Positions 17,090-26,100 of a stretch of 32,000 nucleotides of DNA are shown here, piece after piece (the first letter of the stretch is position 1; each line of letters opens with the position of its first letter). The DNA comes from Candidatus Nitrospira inopinata (GTDB lineage: Bacteria; Nitrospirota; Nitrospiria; Nitrospirales; Nitrospiraceae). The stretch lies in NCBI RefSeq assembly GCF_001458695.1, contig NZ_LN885086.1, positions 2,940,001-2,972,000 on the forward strand. The letters run 5' to 3'. Both the position numbers and the translations under genes were made by a program. Under the pieces are notes generated by a model. It was not told the DNA's origin, ran no database searches, and was given only the letters and a program-made list of their open reading frames with translations.

Positions 17090-17358
17090 TTAAAGTCCGC
17101 ATTCCGACTCCGCTGAGACCCTTGACGAAGAACCAAGGCGAAATCGACGTCGCCGCCACCTCCATTGAGGATCTGGTCAACAATCTGGAATCCGCCTATC
17201 CCGGCATCAAAGCGCGCCTCTGCGACGACACCGGGGAATTGCGACGGTTCGTCAACATCTACGTCAACGAAGAAGACATCCGTTTTCTCAAGGGCAAGGA
17301 CACCGCCTTGAAAACCGGCGACGAAGTCTCCATCGTGCCGGCCATCGCGGGAGGATAG
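17086..17358 (+). CDS. cysO: CysO/MoaD-type ubiquitin-like sulfur carrier protein ending in AIAGG
   Basis: [17 protein letters not shown]...[14 protein letters not shown]...[19 protein letters not shown]...[13 protein letters not shown]. This closely parallels M. tuberculosis CysO as I remember it ([14 protein letters not shown]...PAVAGG). Confidence 0.85.
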   Translation: MIKVRIPTPLRPLTKNQGEIDVAATSIEDLVNNLESAYPGIKARLCDDTGELRRFVNIYVNEEDIRFLKGKDTALKTGDEVSIVPAIAGG

Positions 17359-17360
17359 CC

Positions 17361-17600
17361 ATGACCAGCCTGAGATTCCACATCCGATTTCCGGAGGACA
17401 AGATCAAGGAGCCGATCATTTATCAAATCGGGCACGAATACAATGTCGTGACGAACGTCCGCCGTGCCGACGTGCGCGAGACGACCGGCTGGATGGATTT
17501 GGAGTTAAGCGGCGACGTCGCCGAGATCGAGCGCGCCGTCGCCGGTCTGCGAGACAAAGGCGTCATCGTGGATCCGATCGAATTAAACGTCGTGGAATGA
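17361..17600 (+). CDS. Stand-alone NIL domain protein
   Basis: 79 aa. FPEDKIKEPIIYQIGHEYNVVTNVRRADVRETTGWMDLELSGDVAEIERAVAGLRDKGV resembles the NIL (MetN C-terminal, ferredoxin-like) domain. It starts 2 nt after the cysO stop. Confidence 0.7.
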   Translation: MTSLRFHIRFPEDKIKEPIIYQIGHEYNVVTNVRRADVRETTGWMDLELSGDVAEIERAVAGLRDKGVIVDPIELNVVE

Positions 17601-17666
17601 GCGGAGAACATGAACCGCGCATAGGAAACATCGTCTGAAAAGACAACAATCCGAGCAATCGAAACC

Positions 17667-18470
17667 ATGCAACTGACTGAATCGGAAATTCAACGGTACA
17701 GCCGTCATATCATTCTCCAAGACGTCGGAGGCAAGGGGCAGCTCAAGCTCAAACGCGCCAAGGTGCTGCTGATCGGCGCGGGGGGGCTGGGATCTCCCGC
17801 CAGCCTTTATCTCGCGGCCGCCGGCATCGGAACCATCGGCCTCGTGGATGGCGACGTCGTGGATCTGTCGAATTTACAACGGCAGATCATGCACTCGACC
17901 GCGACCCTCGGACAGCCCAAGGTCGAGTCCGGCAAGAAGACGCTGTCGGCCATCAATTCGGAGATCACCGTCAACGCCTACCACCAACTGGTGGATGCCG
18001 ACAACATTCTTCCTCTCATCTCGCACTACGACGTGGTGCTCGACGGTTCCGACAACTTCTCGACCCGGTTCTTGGTCAATGACGCCTGTTTCTTCGCCAA
18101 GAAAACCCTGATCTCGGCCAGCATGTTCCGATTTGAAGGGCAATTGACGACGATCAAGCCTCATCAAGGATACCCCTGCTACCGATGCCTCTATCCGGAA
18201 CCGCCTCCCGCCGGATTGGTTCCCAATTGTCAGGAGGCCGGCGTGTTGGGCGTCTTGGCGGGAACGATGGGTATTTTGCAGGCCTCTGAAGCGATCAAGG
18301 AGATTCTGAGCATCGGTGAAACCCTGGCCGACAAACTGTTGATCTACGACGCCCTTGAGATGAAGTTCCGCAAAGTCGGGCGTCCCAAAGATCCGGCTTG
18401 CCCTCTCTGCGGGCCGAATCCGACGATCAAAGATCTCCGCATGGATTACACCGTGACCTGCACCATTTGA
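17667..18470 (+). CDS. ThiF/MoeB/HesA-family E1-like adenylyltransferase (no rhodanese domain), copy 2
   Basis: Paralog of 14999-15811, roughly 55-60% identical by eye: YSRHIILQDVGGKGQLKL, LLIGAGGLGSPASLYLAAAGIG, and CxxC pairs CYRC and CPLC; 267 aa. Confidence 0.9.
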   Translation: MQLTESEIQRYSRHIILQDVGGKGQLKLKRAKVLLIGAGGLGSPASLYLAAAGIGTIGLVDGDVVDLSNLQRQIMHSTATLGQPKVESGKKTLSAINSEITVNAYHQLVDADNILPLISHYDVVLDGSDNFSTRFLVNDACFFAKKTLISASMFRFEGQLTTIKPHQGYPCYRCLYPEPPPAGLVPNCQEAGVLGVLAGTMGILQASEAIKEILSIGETLADKLLIYDALEMKFRKVGRPKDPACPLCGPNPTIKDLRMDYTVTCTI

Positions 18471-18523
18471 CCCCCATCGAAACACCACGTGAAGCATAAG
18501 TTGAAAACAGAAAGCATCTCGCC

Positions 18524-19033
18524 GTGACGGAACTGGTCATCCCTCGCGCCATCCTTGAAGACATGGTCGCTCACGCGAGGGAACTCGCGCCTCACGAGTG
18601 TTGCGGGCTCCTGGCCGGAACCGACGGCGCGGTCAGCCGAGCCTACCGCATCACGAACATCGTCGCGATGGAGGGGGCGCAGCATCTTTCCTCGTTCGAT
18701 ACCGCCAAAGTCGCTCATTTGGAACGGCTCACGCCGGCTGAACGGGCGGAAATCGCGTTCGTCATGGACATGCAGGATTTCTCCGCCGCCAAGAAAGACA
18801 TGCGCCAGCGTGGGCTCGATCTGCTGGTCGTCTATCATTCACACCCGCACGATCCTGCCCGCCCCTCCGTGACCGACATCAAGATCGCCACTGATTACGA
18901 AGAGATTTGGCCCAAGATCAACCTGCCGGTTCCCTCCTATCTGTTAATTTCCCTCATGGACGCCGAGCCGGACATCAGAAACTATTGGATCAAATCCGGG
19001 CGGGTGTCTCCCGCTCCCTTCACGATCGGATAG
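18524..19033 (+). CDS. JAMM/MPN+ (Mov34, Mec+-like) metallopeptidase
   Basis: Catalytic Glu in APHECCGLLAG and the JAMM motif YHSHPHDPARPSVTD. GTG start; 169 aa. Confidence 0.85.
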   Translation: MTELVIPRAILEDMVAHARELAPHECCGLLAGTDGAVSRAYRITNIVAMEGAQHLSSFDTAKVAHLERLTPAERAEIAFVMDMQDFSAAKKDMRQRGLDLLVVYHSHPHDPARPSVTDIKIATDYEEIWPKINLPVPSYLLISLMDAEPDIRNYWIKSGRVSPAPFTIG

Positions 19034-19121
19034 TCTCGGTTTTTGCAGTTTTCTTCTCAGCCGCCGAGTGCGATAATGGCGGCGCCGCCTATCATTCCAA
19101 TCACTCACAATGAGGAGTCGG

Positions 19122-19445
19122 ATGCGGACGGTTCTTTTCACCCTCTTCTTCGGCGTGGTTCTGGCCGGCCCCGCCCTTGCCGTCGAAAAGAGTTACTATA
19201 GCCCGGTCATTCATATCGACGTGGAGAATCACCGCATTTTGATTTCGCAACTCGGCGGCGTGTTCTACATCGACGTCCCCGAGGCCGCGCGGCCTCACAT
19301 GGAGAAGCTGCCGATTTCCGGACTGGTGGATTTCGTGGTTGAAATACAAGGCGAGAACGAAATGCCGGTGCTCAAATCATGGAAGGTCAAGTCCGGCGAA
19401 TCGACCTGCATGCACTTTAACGGAAAAGAGTGCCGGGACAAATAA
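19122..19445 (+). CDS. hypothetical exported protein
   Basis: Signal peptide MRTVLFTLFFGVVLAGPALA/VE. GAGGAG at 19112-19117 favours ATG 19122 over ATG 19110. No family recognised. Confidence 0.55.
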   Translation: MRTVLFTLFFGVVLAGPALAVEKSYYSPVIHIDVENHRILISQLGGVFYIDVPEAARPHMEKLPISGLVDFVVEIQGENEMPVLKSWKVKSGESTCMHFNGKECRDK

Positions 19446-19459
19446 CGTCACGGTCGAGG

Positions 19460-19669
19460 CTATTCCCCGCTTCCCGCCATATCATCGATGAGCGGGCGGT
19501 TGATGTCGGTGCAGCCGGGGCAGATCCGGTCGAGCAGCCCTTCGAAATCCGCAACGAAGTGTTTTGCGTCCGTCAGCCCTTCGCCGACCACCTGCGAGTA
19601 ACAAGTCTCGCAGAGCATCATGAGGCCCCGCGAGACCCCGACCGTTTTTCTCCCCGCGCTGCCCGTCAT
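19460..19669 (-). CDS. hypothetical small protein with two CxxC pairs (zinc-ribbon-like)
   Basis: 69 aa with CETC ... CPGC. Acidic, GC3-rich codons. It starts 4 nt after the upstream small ORF's stop; an internal start at MMLCETC is possible. Confidence 0.45.
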   Translation of the reverse strand: MTGSAGRKTVGVSRGLMMLCETCYSQVVGEGLTDAKHFVADFEGLLDRICPGCTDINRPLIDDMAGSGE

Positions 19670-19673
19670 GCCG

Positions 19674-19895
19674 CTAGACCGATCCCTTCTGAAGCGCCGT
19701 GAAAAAGTCTTCTCGTTCGAGATCGATCCCGCAACGCGGACACTCGTAAGGACGATCCTCGTCCGGCAGGCTCAACGGCGTGCGATCGACGCGTCCATGA
19801 CACACGTGGTAGAAACGGCCCCGCGCGTGCTCGTCGTCGAGAGGATCGCTTTCATAAATCAGCACCATGATCTCTTCCTTCTCATCGAAGGGCAT
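19674..19895 (-). CDS. hypothetical small protein with CxH ... CxxC (zinc-ribbon-like)
   Basis: 73 aa with HVCH ... CPRC. Acidic, with normal codon usage. It lies 51 nt downstream of the ABC exporter on the same strand. Confidence 0.5.
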   Translation of the reverse strand: MPFDEKEEIMVLIYESDPLDDEHARGRFYHVCHGRVDRTPLSLPDEDRPYECPRCGIDLEREDFFTALQKGSV

Positions 19896-19946
19896 GAGTA
19901 TACCGATCTCCTCTTCCCGGCGGCAACCGCTTGAGCAGCGTAGACC

Positions 19947-21671
19947 TCATATCTGGAACTGCGCCTCGTACAAACCGGCGTAAACCCCGCCTCGACTCAG
20001 CAACTCGTCGTGCCGACCGTCCTCGACCAATCGACCGCCGTCGATCACAAGAATTCGATCGACGTCGTGAAGCGTGGACAACCGATGGGCGATGATGAAC
20101 GTGGTGCGTCCTTTGGTCAGTTCGGTCAAGGCTTCGCGGATTTGCACTTCCGTTTCCGTGTCGATATTGGACGTCGCTTCATCGAAAATGACGATGGGCG
20201 GATCTTTTAAGAGGACTCGCGCGATGGACACCCGTTGCTTTTGGCCGACCGACAGTTTGACGCCCCGTTCTCCGATCCACGTGTCGTATCCTTCCGGCAG
20301 TTTCATGATGAAATCATGTGCTCGCGCGGCCTTGGCGGCGTTCTGCAGACGATCCTGATCGGCCTCAAGATCTCCATAGAGCAGATTCTCCCGCACCGTT
20401 CCATTGAACAAAAACGGCTCTTGTTGAACAAAGCCGATCTGCCGTCGGAGGTATGAGACCGGCAGATCGCGAATGTCCAGACCGTCGACCATGATCGATC
20501 CGCCTTTGACGTCGTACAACCGCATCAACAGTTTGAGAATCGTGCTCTTCCCCGCTCCGCTTGGCCCCACCAGCGCCACCCGCTCCCCCGCGGCGACGGA
20601 TAGCGACAGATCTTTCAATGCCGGAACATCGGGACGATAATGAAACAGGACGGACTCAAATCGAACGTCGCCGCTCACGCGACGCGCGGGAGCTTGGACA
20701 CCGGGACGATCCGCCACCTCCGGAACGGCATCCAGCGCCTCAAAGACCCGCTCGCTCGCGGCCAGCGCGTGTTGCAACATATGGTTGACCGAATGAATCT
20801 GATTGATCGGCACATAAAACAACGCGAGGTAGGACAGAAACATCACCAATTCCCCGATCGTCAAGCGGCCTTCCGTCACCTCGCCGGCGCCGTACCAGAG
20901 AATAAGCACCGTGCCAAGCGAGCCCAGAAAAATCATCCCCGGAGAATAGACCGACCACAGGACCATGGCTTTCAGATTGGCATCGCTATAGGCTTTGCTC
21001 AACCGGTCGAATCGGCGCTGCTCATAGTCCTGCCGCATAAATCCCATGGTTTCCCGGATTCCCGACAGAGCGTCCTGCAAATAGGCGCTCAGGTCGGCGG
21101 CCTGTTTTCTGATCTGCCGGTAATAGCCGTGCACCTTCGAGGTAAACCAACCGGCCGAAAGCACCAAAAGGGGAATCGGCGCCAGGGCCAAGACCGCCAG
21201 CTTCCAATTCAGCGTGAACAGCATGATCGTAATGCCGATCAAGGTCAGCGCGGCGGTGATCGCGCCCTCGATCCCGTCAATGAAGATTCTCTCCATGTGC
21301 TCGGTGTCGTTGATCACGCGAGACATGATCTCGCCGGTTGAGCGGTTCTCGAAATAATTCAGCGACAGCCGCTGCAGCGCCGAGAAGACGTGGCTGCGCA
21401 ACCCGTGCACCACCGTCTGCTCCAATCGATTGTTCAGCCTGATGCGGAGCGACGCGAACAGGTTTTTCAGTACATAGGCGCCGACCAACAGCCCCAGCGC
21501 CGCGGGCAGCAACTCCGTTCGCTTGGTCTGAATGACGTCGTCGATGACGATCTTGATCGCCCAGGGGGGCACCAACTCCATGGCCGTGGCGCAAACGGCG
21601 CAGAGCAGAGTCGCTCCCGCCAACGCGCGGTGCGGCCGAAGATAGCTCAGCACTCGAACAAGAGAATTCAC
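19947..21671 (-). CDS. ABC exporter, fused permease/ATPase (MsbA/type IV exporter fold)
   Basis: Six-TM N-terminal domain. Walker A GPSGAGKST, signature LSVGQKQR, Walker B IVIFDEATS; 574 aa; GTG start. Confidence 0.9.
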   Translation of the reverse strand: MNSLVRVLSYLRPHRALAGATLLCAVCATAMELVPPWAIKIVIDDVIQTKRTELLPAALGLLVGAYVLKNLFASLRIRLNNRLEQTVVHGLRSHVFSALQRLSLNYFENRSTGEIMSRVINDTEHMERIFIDGIEGAITAALTLIGITIMLFTLNWKLAVLALAPIPLLVLSAGWFTSKVHGYYRQIRKQAADLSAYLQDALSGIRETMGFMRQDYEQRRFDRLSKAYSDANLKAMVLWSVYSPGMIFLGSLGTVLILWYGAGEVTEGRLTIGELVMFLSYLALFYVPINQIHSVNHMLQHALAASERVFEALDAVPEVADRPGVQAPARRVSGDVRFESVLFHYRPDVPALKDLSLSVAAGERVALVGPSGAGKSTILKLLMRLYDVKGGSIMVDGLDIRDLPVSYLRRQIGFVQQEPFLFNGTVRENLLYGDLEADQDRLQNAAKAARAHDFIMKLPEGYDTWIGERGVKLSVGQKQRVSIARVLLKDPPIVIFDEATSNIDTETEVQIREALTELTKGRTTFIIAHRLSTLHDVDRILVIDGGRLVEDGRHDELLSRGGVYAGLYEAQFQI

Positions 21672-21692
21672 GACCGGTTCAAGAAGGAGGAA

Positions 21693-22217
21693 TCAAACCA
21701 CGGTGGCCGGTTGTTTCTGCCAGTATTGCTGAAATTCTTCGAGCTGAGTCAGGGTGGACAGGTCCGTCATCCGATCCAGAAACACCTTGCCGATCAAATG
21801 ATCCAACTCATGTTGAATGCAGACGGCAAAAAGCCCGGTCGCCTCGAAATCAAGCGGCTTTCCCTTTCGATCCAACGCGTTCACCCGAACCAGGGACGGT
21901 CGCGTCACCTTGCCTCTCAAGCCGTCGACGCTGAGGCACCCCTCCCAATTTTCCACTTGGTCCGGACCGTAATACACGATCGACGGATTGATGAGCACCG
22001 TCTCGGGGAACCCGTCTTCCCCTTTGCAGCCCATCACGACCAACTGGATCGACCGAAAGACCTGCGGCGCGGCCAAGCCGATTCCCGGTTCCTCATACAT
22101 CGTTTCAAACATGTCGTCGATCAGCCGCTGGATCTCGCGTGACTTAATCTCTCTGGGATCGACGGGAGCGGCGATTTTTCTCAGAATTGGATTGCCCAGC
22201 TTCGCGATTTTCAACAT
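21693..22217 (-). CDS. def: Peptide deformylase
   Basis: All three signature motifs are present: GIGLAAPQ, EGCLS and HELDH; 174 aa. Confidence 0.95.
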   Translation of the reverse strand: MLKIAKLGNPILRKIAAPVDPREIKSREIQRLIDDMFETMYEEPGIGLAAPQVFRSIQLVVMGCKGEDGFPETVLINPSIVYYGPDQVENWEGCLSVDGLRGKVTRPSLVRVNALDRKGKPLDFEATGLFAVCIQHELDHLIGKVFLDRMTDLSTLTQLEEFQQYWQKQPATVV

Positions 22218-22320
22218 AGTGTTTCGTCGTTACGACTCAGAAGGTTGCGGGTCGATATCAAGCCGACTTGATCATTCCTAACACAGGTCTCTTTCGCCCT
22301 GCAACTGCATGCCGGCTGGG

Positions 22321-23169
22321 CTATGATCGGCGCTTGGGTCGCTGGGGTTCCGGGAACTCGAACGTTTCCTTGTTCGCTTCCCACCAGTCAATCCACTCGC
22401 TCGCCCATGCCGCTCGATCCTGCTTCGAGGAGGTATCCCAGTCATGAAACTCGGTCTCATGACGGGTCAAAATCCACAGCGATTGCACGGCCGACAGGGC
22501 GACGAACCGTTCTTCATCGGTCACCAGATCGATCAAGAGGGGAACGACCGACTTATGCCGCACGTACCGGGCCTCAAACGCGGCGGCCTTGCGAACCGAC
22601 GAATTGAGGTCTTTGGCCATCGCCTCGATCGCTTCGACCGCCTGTGACGGGTCGAGACGAACGGCGACCTTCAGGGCATGGGTCCGAACGCGCGGCATTT
22701 CCTCCGACCGCCTCGCCGTCTCGACGAGCGCCGGCACTGCGGACACGCCTTTGATCATGGAAATGGTTTCGATGGCGTTGTAGCGAATCCTGGGGCTCGG
22801 CATCGAGAGCGCTTTGATCAAGACCGGCACCGAGGGCTCTCCCAGGTGCACGAACTCGCCCATGGCCCAAAACTCTTGCTTGCCTTCCAGCAACGGCAGC
22901 AGCGCCTCCGCTCGTTGCAGCTCCTCCGGACTGAGCGGCTCGGTGTTGGGAGGAATCGACACGTCCGGCGCGTCCTGACCGGCCGGAGGGGCCTCATAGG
23001 GCATTTGCGCAAGCCAAACCTGCCCGGACCAGGCCAACGAGCCACACCATCCGATACCAAGTCCGATGACAAGAACGGCCGCGAGAAGGACCTCTCTTCC
23101 GCCGACACGATAGCTATTCACAATGGCCTGCTCCTTTCCACCATTCATCGGCTCCTCGGTCCCGCTCAC
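22321..23169 (-). CDS. Membrane-anchored HEAT-repeat protein
   Basis: N-terminal TM helix (LLAAVLVIGLGIGWCGSLAW). It is followed by HEAT/PBS-lyase-like repeats (VPVLIKALSMPSPRIRYNAIETIS..., VPALVETARRSEEMPRVRTHALKVA..., VPLLIDLVTDEERFVALSAVQSL). The GTG start overlaps the RND gene's stop (GTGA 23166-23169). Confidence 0.7.
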   Translation of the reverse strand: MSGTEEPMNGGKEQAIVNSYRVGGREVLLAAVLVIGLGIGWCGSLAWSGQVWLAQMPYEAPPAGQDAPDVSIPPNTEPLSPEELQRAEALLPLLEGKQEFWAMGEFVHLGEPSVPVLIKALSMPSPRIRYNAIETISMIKGVSAVPALVETARRSEEMPRVRTHALKVAVRLDPSQAVEAIEAMAKDLNSSVRKAAAFEARYVRHKSVVPLLIDLVTDEERFVALSAVQSLWILTRHETEFHDWDTSSKQDRAAWASEWIDWWEANKETFEFPEPQRPKRRS

Positions 23170-26100
23170 GCCGCCGACGAATCGTTATCGTCTCCGTTAT
23201 CAAGACCGCGCCCGTGCACGATTTGATATAAAACCGGCAGCACGACCAAAATCAAGACCGACGCCGTCAGCATGCCACCGACCACCACTCGCGCGAGCGG
23301 CTGCTGGGCCTGGGCTCCCACGCCCGTCGCCAAAGAGGCGGGCAGCAACCCGATCGCCGCGGCGAGCGTCGCCATGAGAATGGGACGCATTTGCGTATCG
23401 GCGCCGCGCAAGACGGCCTCTCTCACGTCGAGCCCCTCCCGCCGCAACTCTTCAACGCGCGACACCAACAAGACGCCTCCCAAAATCGCCACGCCCAACG
23501 TGGAAATGATACCGACCGCGGCGGAAATGCTGAAGTTCGTATGAGTGGCCACGAGCGCCAACACGCCTCCGATCAAAGCAAACGGAACCGAAACCAGCAC
23601 CAGCACCGCATTTTTCACCGAGCCGAACGCCATGTACAGCAGAACGAACACGACCGCCAAACTGACGGGCACGACTTTGGCCAGTCTCGTCAGTTCGTCC
23701 TTGAGCTGATCATACTGTCCGGCCCACTCCATACGATAGCGCTCGGGCAGCTTGACGTGCGTCGAGAGCCGTTGCTGCGCTTCCTCCACCGTGCTCTGCA
23801 GATCGCGGCCGCGGACACTGAACTTGATCGGAATATAGCGCTTGTTATTTTCCCTATAAATGATGAACGCCCCGGTCTGCATCGTAATGTTCGCCATCTG
23901 TTTGAGCGGAATCTGAGTCCCTTCCATCGTGCTGACCAGAATATTACCAATGGCCTCGACGTCCCGCCGATATTCCGGAAGAAACCGGACCACCAGGTCG
24001 AACAAACGCTCCCCTTCATACACCTGCGTGACGGCCTGGCCGCCGATCGCGCCCTGCACGATGGCGTTCACGTCCGATACCCGTAGTCCATAGCGCGCAA
24101 TGGCTTCCCGATCCACCTCGATCAACAAATTCGGCTGACCCATGAGACGGAAGATCCCCAAATCTTTCACGCCGGGGACGTTTCTCATGATGGCTTCGAT
24201 CTCCTGGGCCTTGGCTTCCAACGTCTTCAAATCCGGGCCGAAGAGTTTGATCGAGTTTTCGCCTTTCACGCCGGACATGGCTTCTTCCACGTTGTCTTGA
24301 ATGGCCTGCGAAAAATTAAAGACCACTCCCGGTATGGCCCTCAGTCGTCCTTCGATTTCCTTAATCAACCCCTCTTTCGTCAGTCCCGATCGCCATTGCG
24401 TCCGGGGCGTAAGGTCGGCCAGGAACTCGGCGCTGAAAAATCCCGTCGGATCGGTGCCGTCGTCCGGCCTGCCGAGTTGCGACACGATGGTGCTTACCTC
24501 CGGCGACTCTCTGATTGAACGCCGGATGTCGCCGGCCAGTCGATCGGCCTGCTCGAAAGAAATATCGACCGGCATGGTCGCCCGAATCCACAAATTTCCT
24601 TCCTCCAACGCCGGCATGAATTCTCCGCCCATGAATTGCAGCGCGACGATCGAGAACCCGACCAATCCCGTCGCGATCCCCATCACAACGAAACGATGTT
24701 TTAGCGCCCACCGAATGATTTTCGAGTAGACCGAACGGACAAGGCGGATCGCCATTGTATCGGACTCGCTGATCGGCCCCGTAAGCAGGATCGAACACAA
24801 GGCCGGAGCGAGTGTAAAGGCCATGAGCAGCGCGCCCACCAACGCGAACCCATAGGTCACGGACATCGGCGCAAAAATTCTTCCCGGGACCCCTGTCATC
24901 GTAAAGAGAGGAATAAACGCCACCACAATGATCGCCGTGGAAAAGAAAATGGGCCGCCCCACCCGCCGAGCGGCCTGAACGATGTGCTGCTGCACCGTCA
25001 AACCGCTGTGCTTGCCGTGCGCCACGTGAAAGAACACGCTCTCAACCATGATGAGGGACGCGTCGATAATGATGCCGAAATCGATCGCGCCCAGCGAAAT
25101 TAAATTGGCGGATTGCCCGAGAATGTTCATCGTCGTAAAGGTGAACAGCAGCGCGAAGGGAACCGTCAACGCGACGATCAACGCGGCCCGCAAATGACCC
25201 AGAAACAGGAACAGAATGACGAACACCAACACCATGCCGCTGATCAGAATGTCGGTGACCGTCTCGACCGTCGTGCGGATCAACGCGGTTCGGTCGTAAA
25301 ACGCCTTGATCGTGACGCCAGCGGGCAATTCCCATCGGTTCAGCTCATCGACCTTTTGCCTGACCTTGTCCAAGACCGACAACGCCTTGTATCCTCGTTG
25401 GAGCAGCACGATGCCTTCCACGACGTCGTCACGATCGTCGATACCGACTTTGCCGAGCCGGACGCGGTGGCCCACCTTCACGGCCCCGAGCGTCTTCACG
25501 AAGACCGGCGTGCCCTCCCGTTCCGCCACCATCACGTTTTCAATGTCGTCAAGATCGTTGATCAGCCCCAGCCCCCGAATATTGTAACTTTGCGCCCCGA
25601 TGGTCAGGTAATTGCCCCCCACATTGGCGTTGCTGTCGGCCAACGCCGTCATCACCTCGGAAAGCGTCACTCCGTAGCCGATCAATTTTCCCGGATCGAT
25701 ATCGACATGGTACTCTTTGGTGGTTCCGCCGAAGGTCGTCACATCGATGACGCCGGGCACGCGTTTGAAAGCCCGCCGAACCTGCCAGTCTTGAATCGTT
25801 TTCAACTCCGTGAGGCCGACGCCGTCGCCCGTCAATTCGTACCGATAGATCTCCCCGATCGCCCACCAGGGCGACAGCACCGGCTGGGCGTCCGGCGGCA
25901 GTTGGACCGAAGCAAGGCGGTTCAAGACCTCCTGGCGGTCTCGAAATATGTCCGTATCGAAGCCGAAGTACACTTTTACGTCGCTCAATCCGAAAAGCGA
26001 CAGCGACCGGATGTCCGTGAGCCCCGGCATACCGGTCAACGCCACTTCGATCGGAACGGTAATCTGGCGTTCGATTTCCTCCGCCGACCAGCCGGGATAT

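Noticed and set aside
19430-19934. Plus-strand ORFs 19430-19702 and 19620-19934
   Set aside because: R/P-rich translations antisense to two minus-strand ORFs that have better codon usage and conserved-looking Cys pairs. I judged them to be artefacts, though with only moderate certainty.
22257-22272. Palindrome ATCAAG-CCGA-CTTGAT between the HEAT-repeat gene and def, considered as a terminator or FNR/CRP box
   Set aside because: The half-site orientation is the inverse of TTGAT-N4-ATCAA. The stem is only 6 bp, AT-rich, and has no U-tract on either strand.
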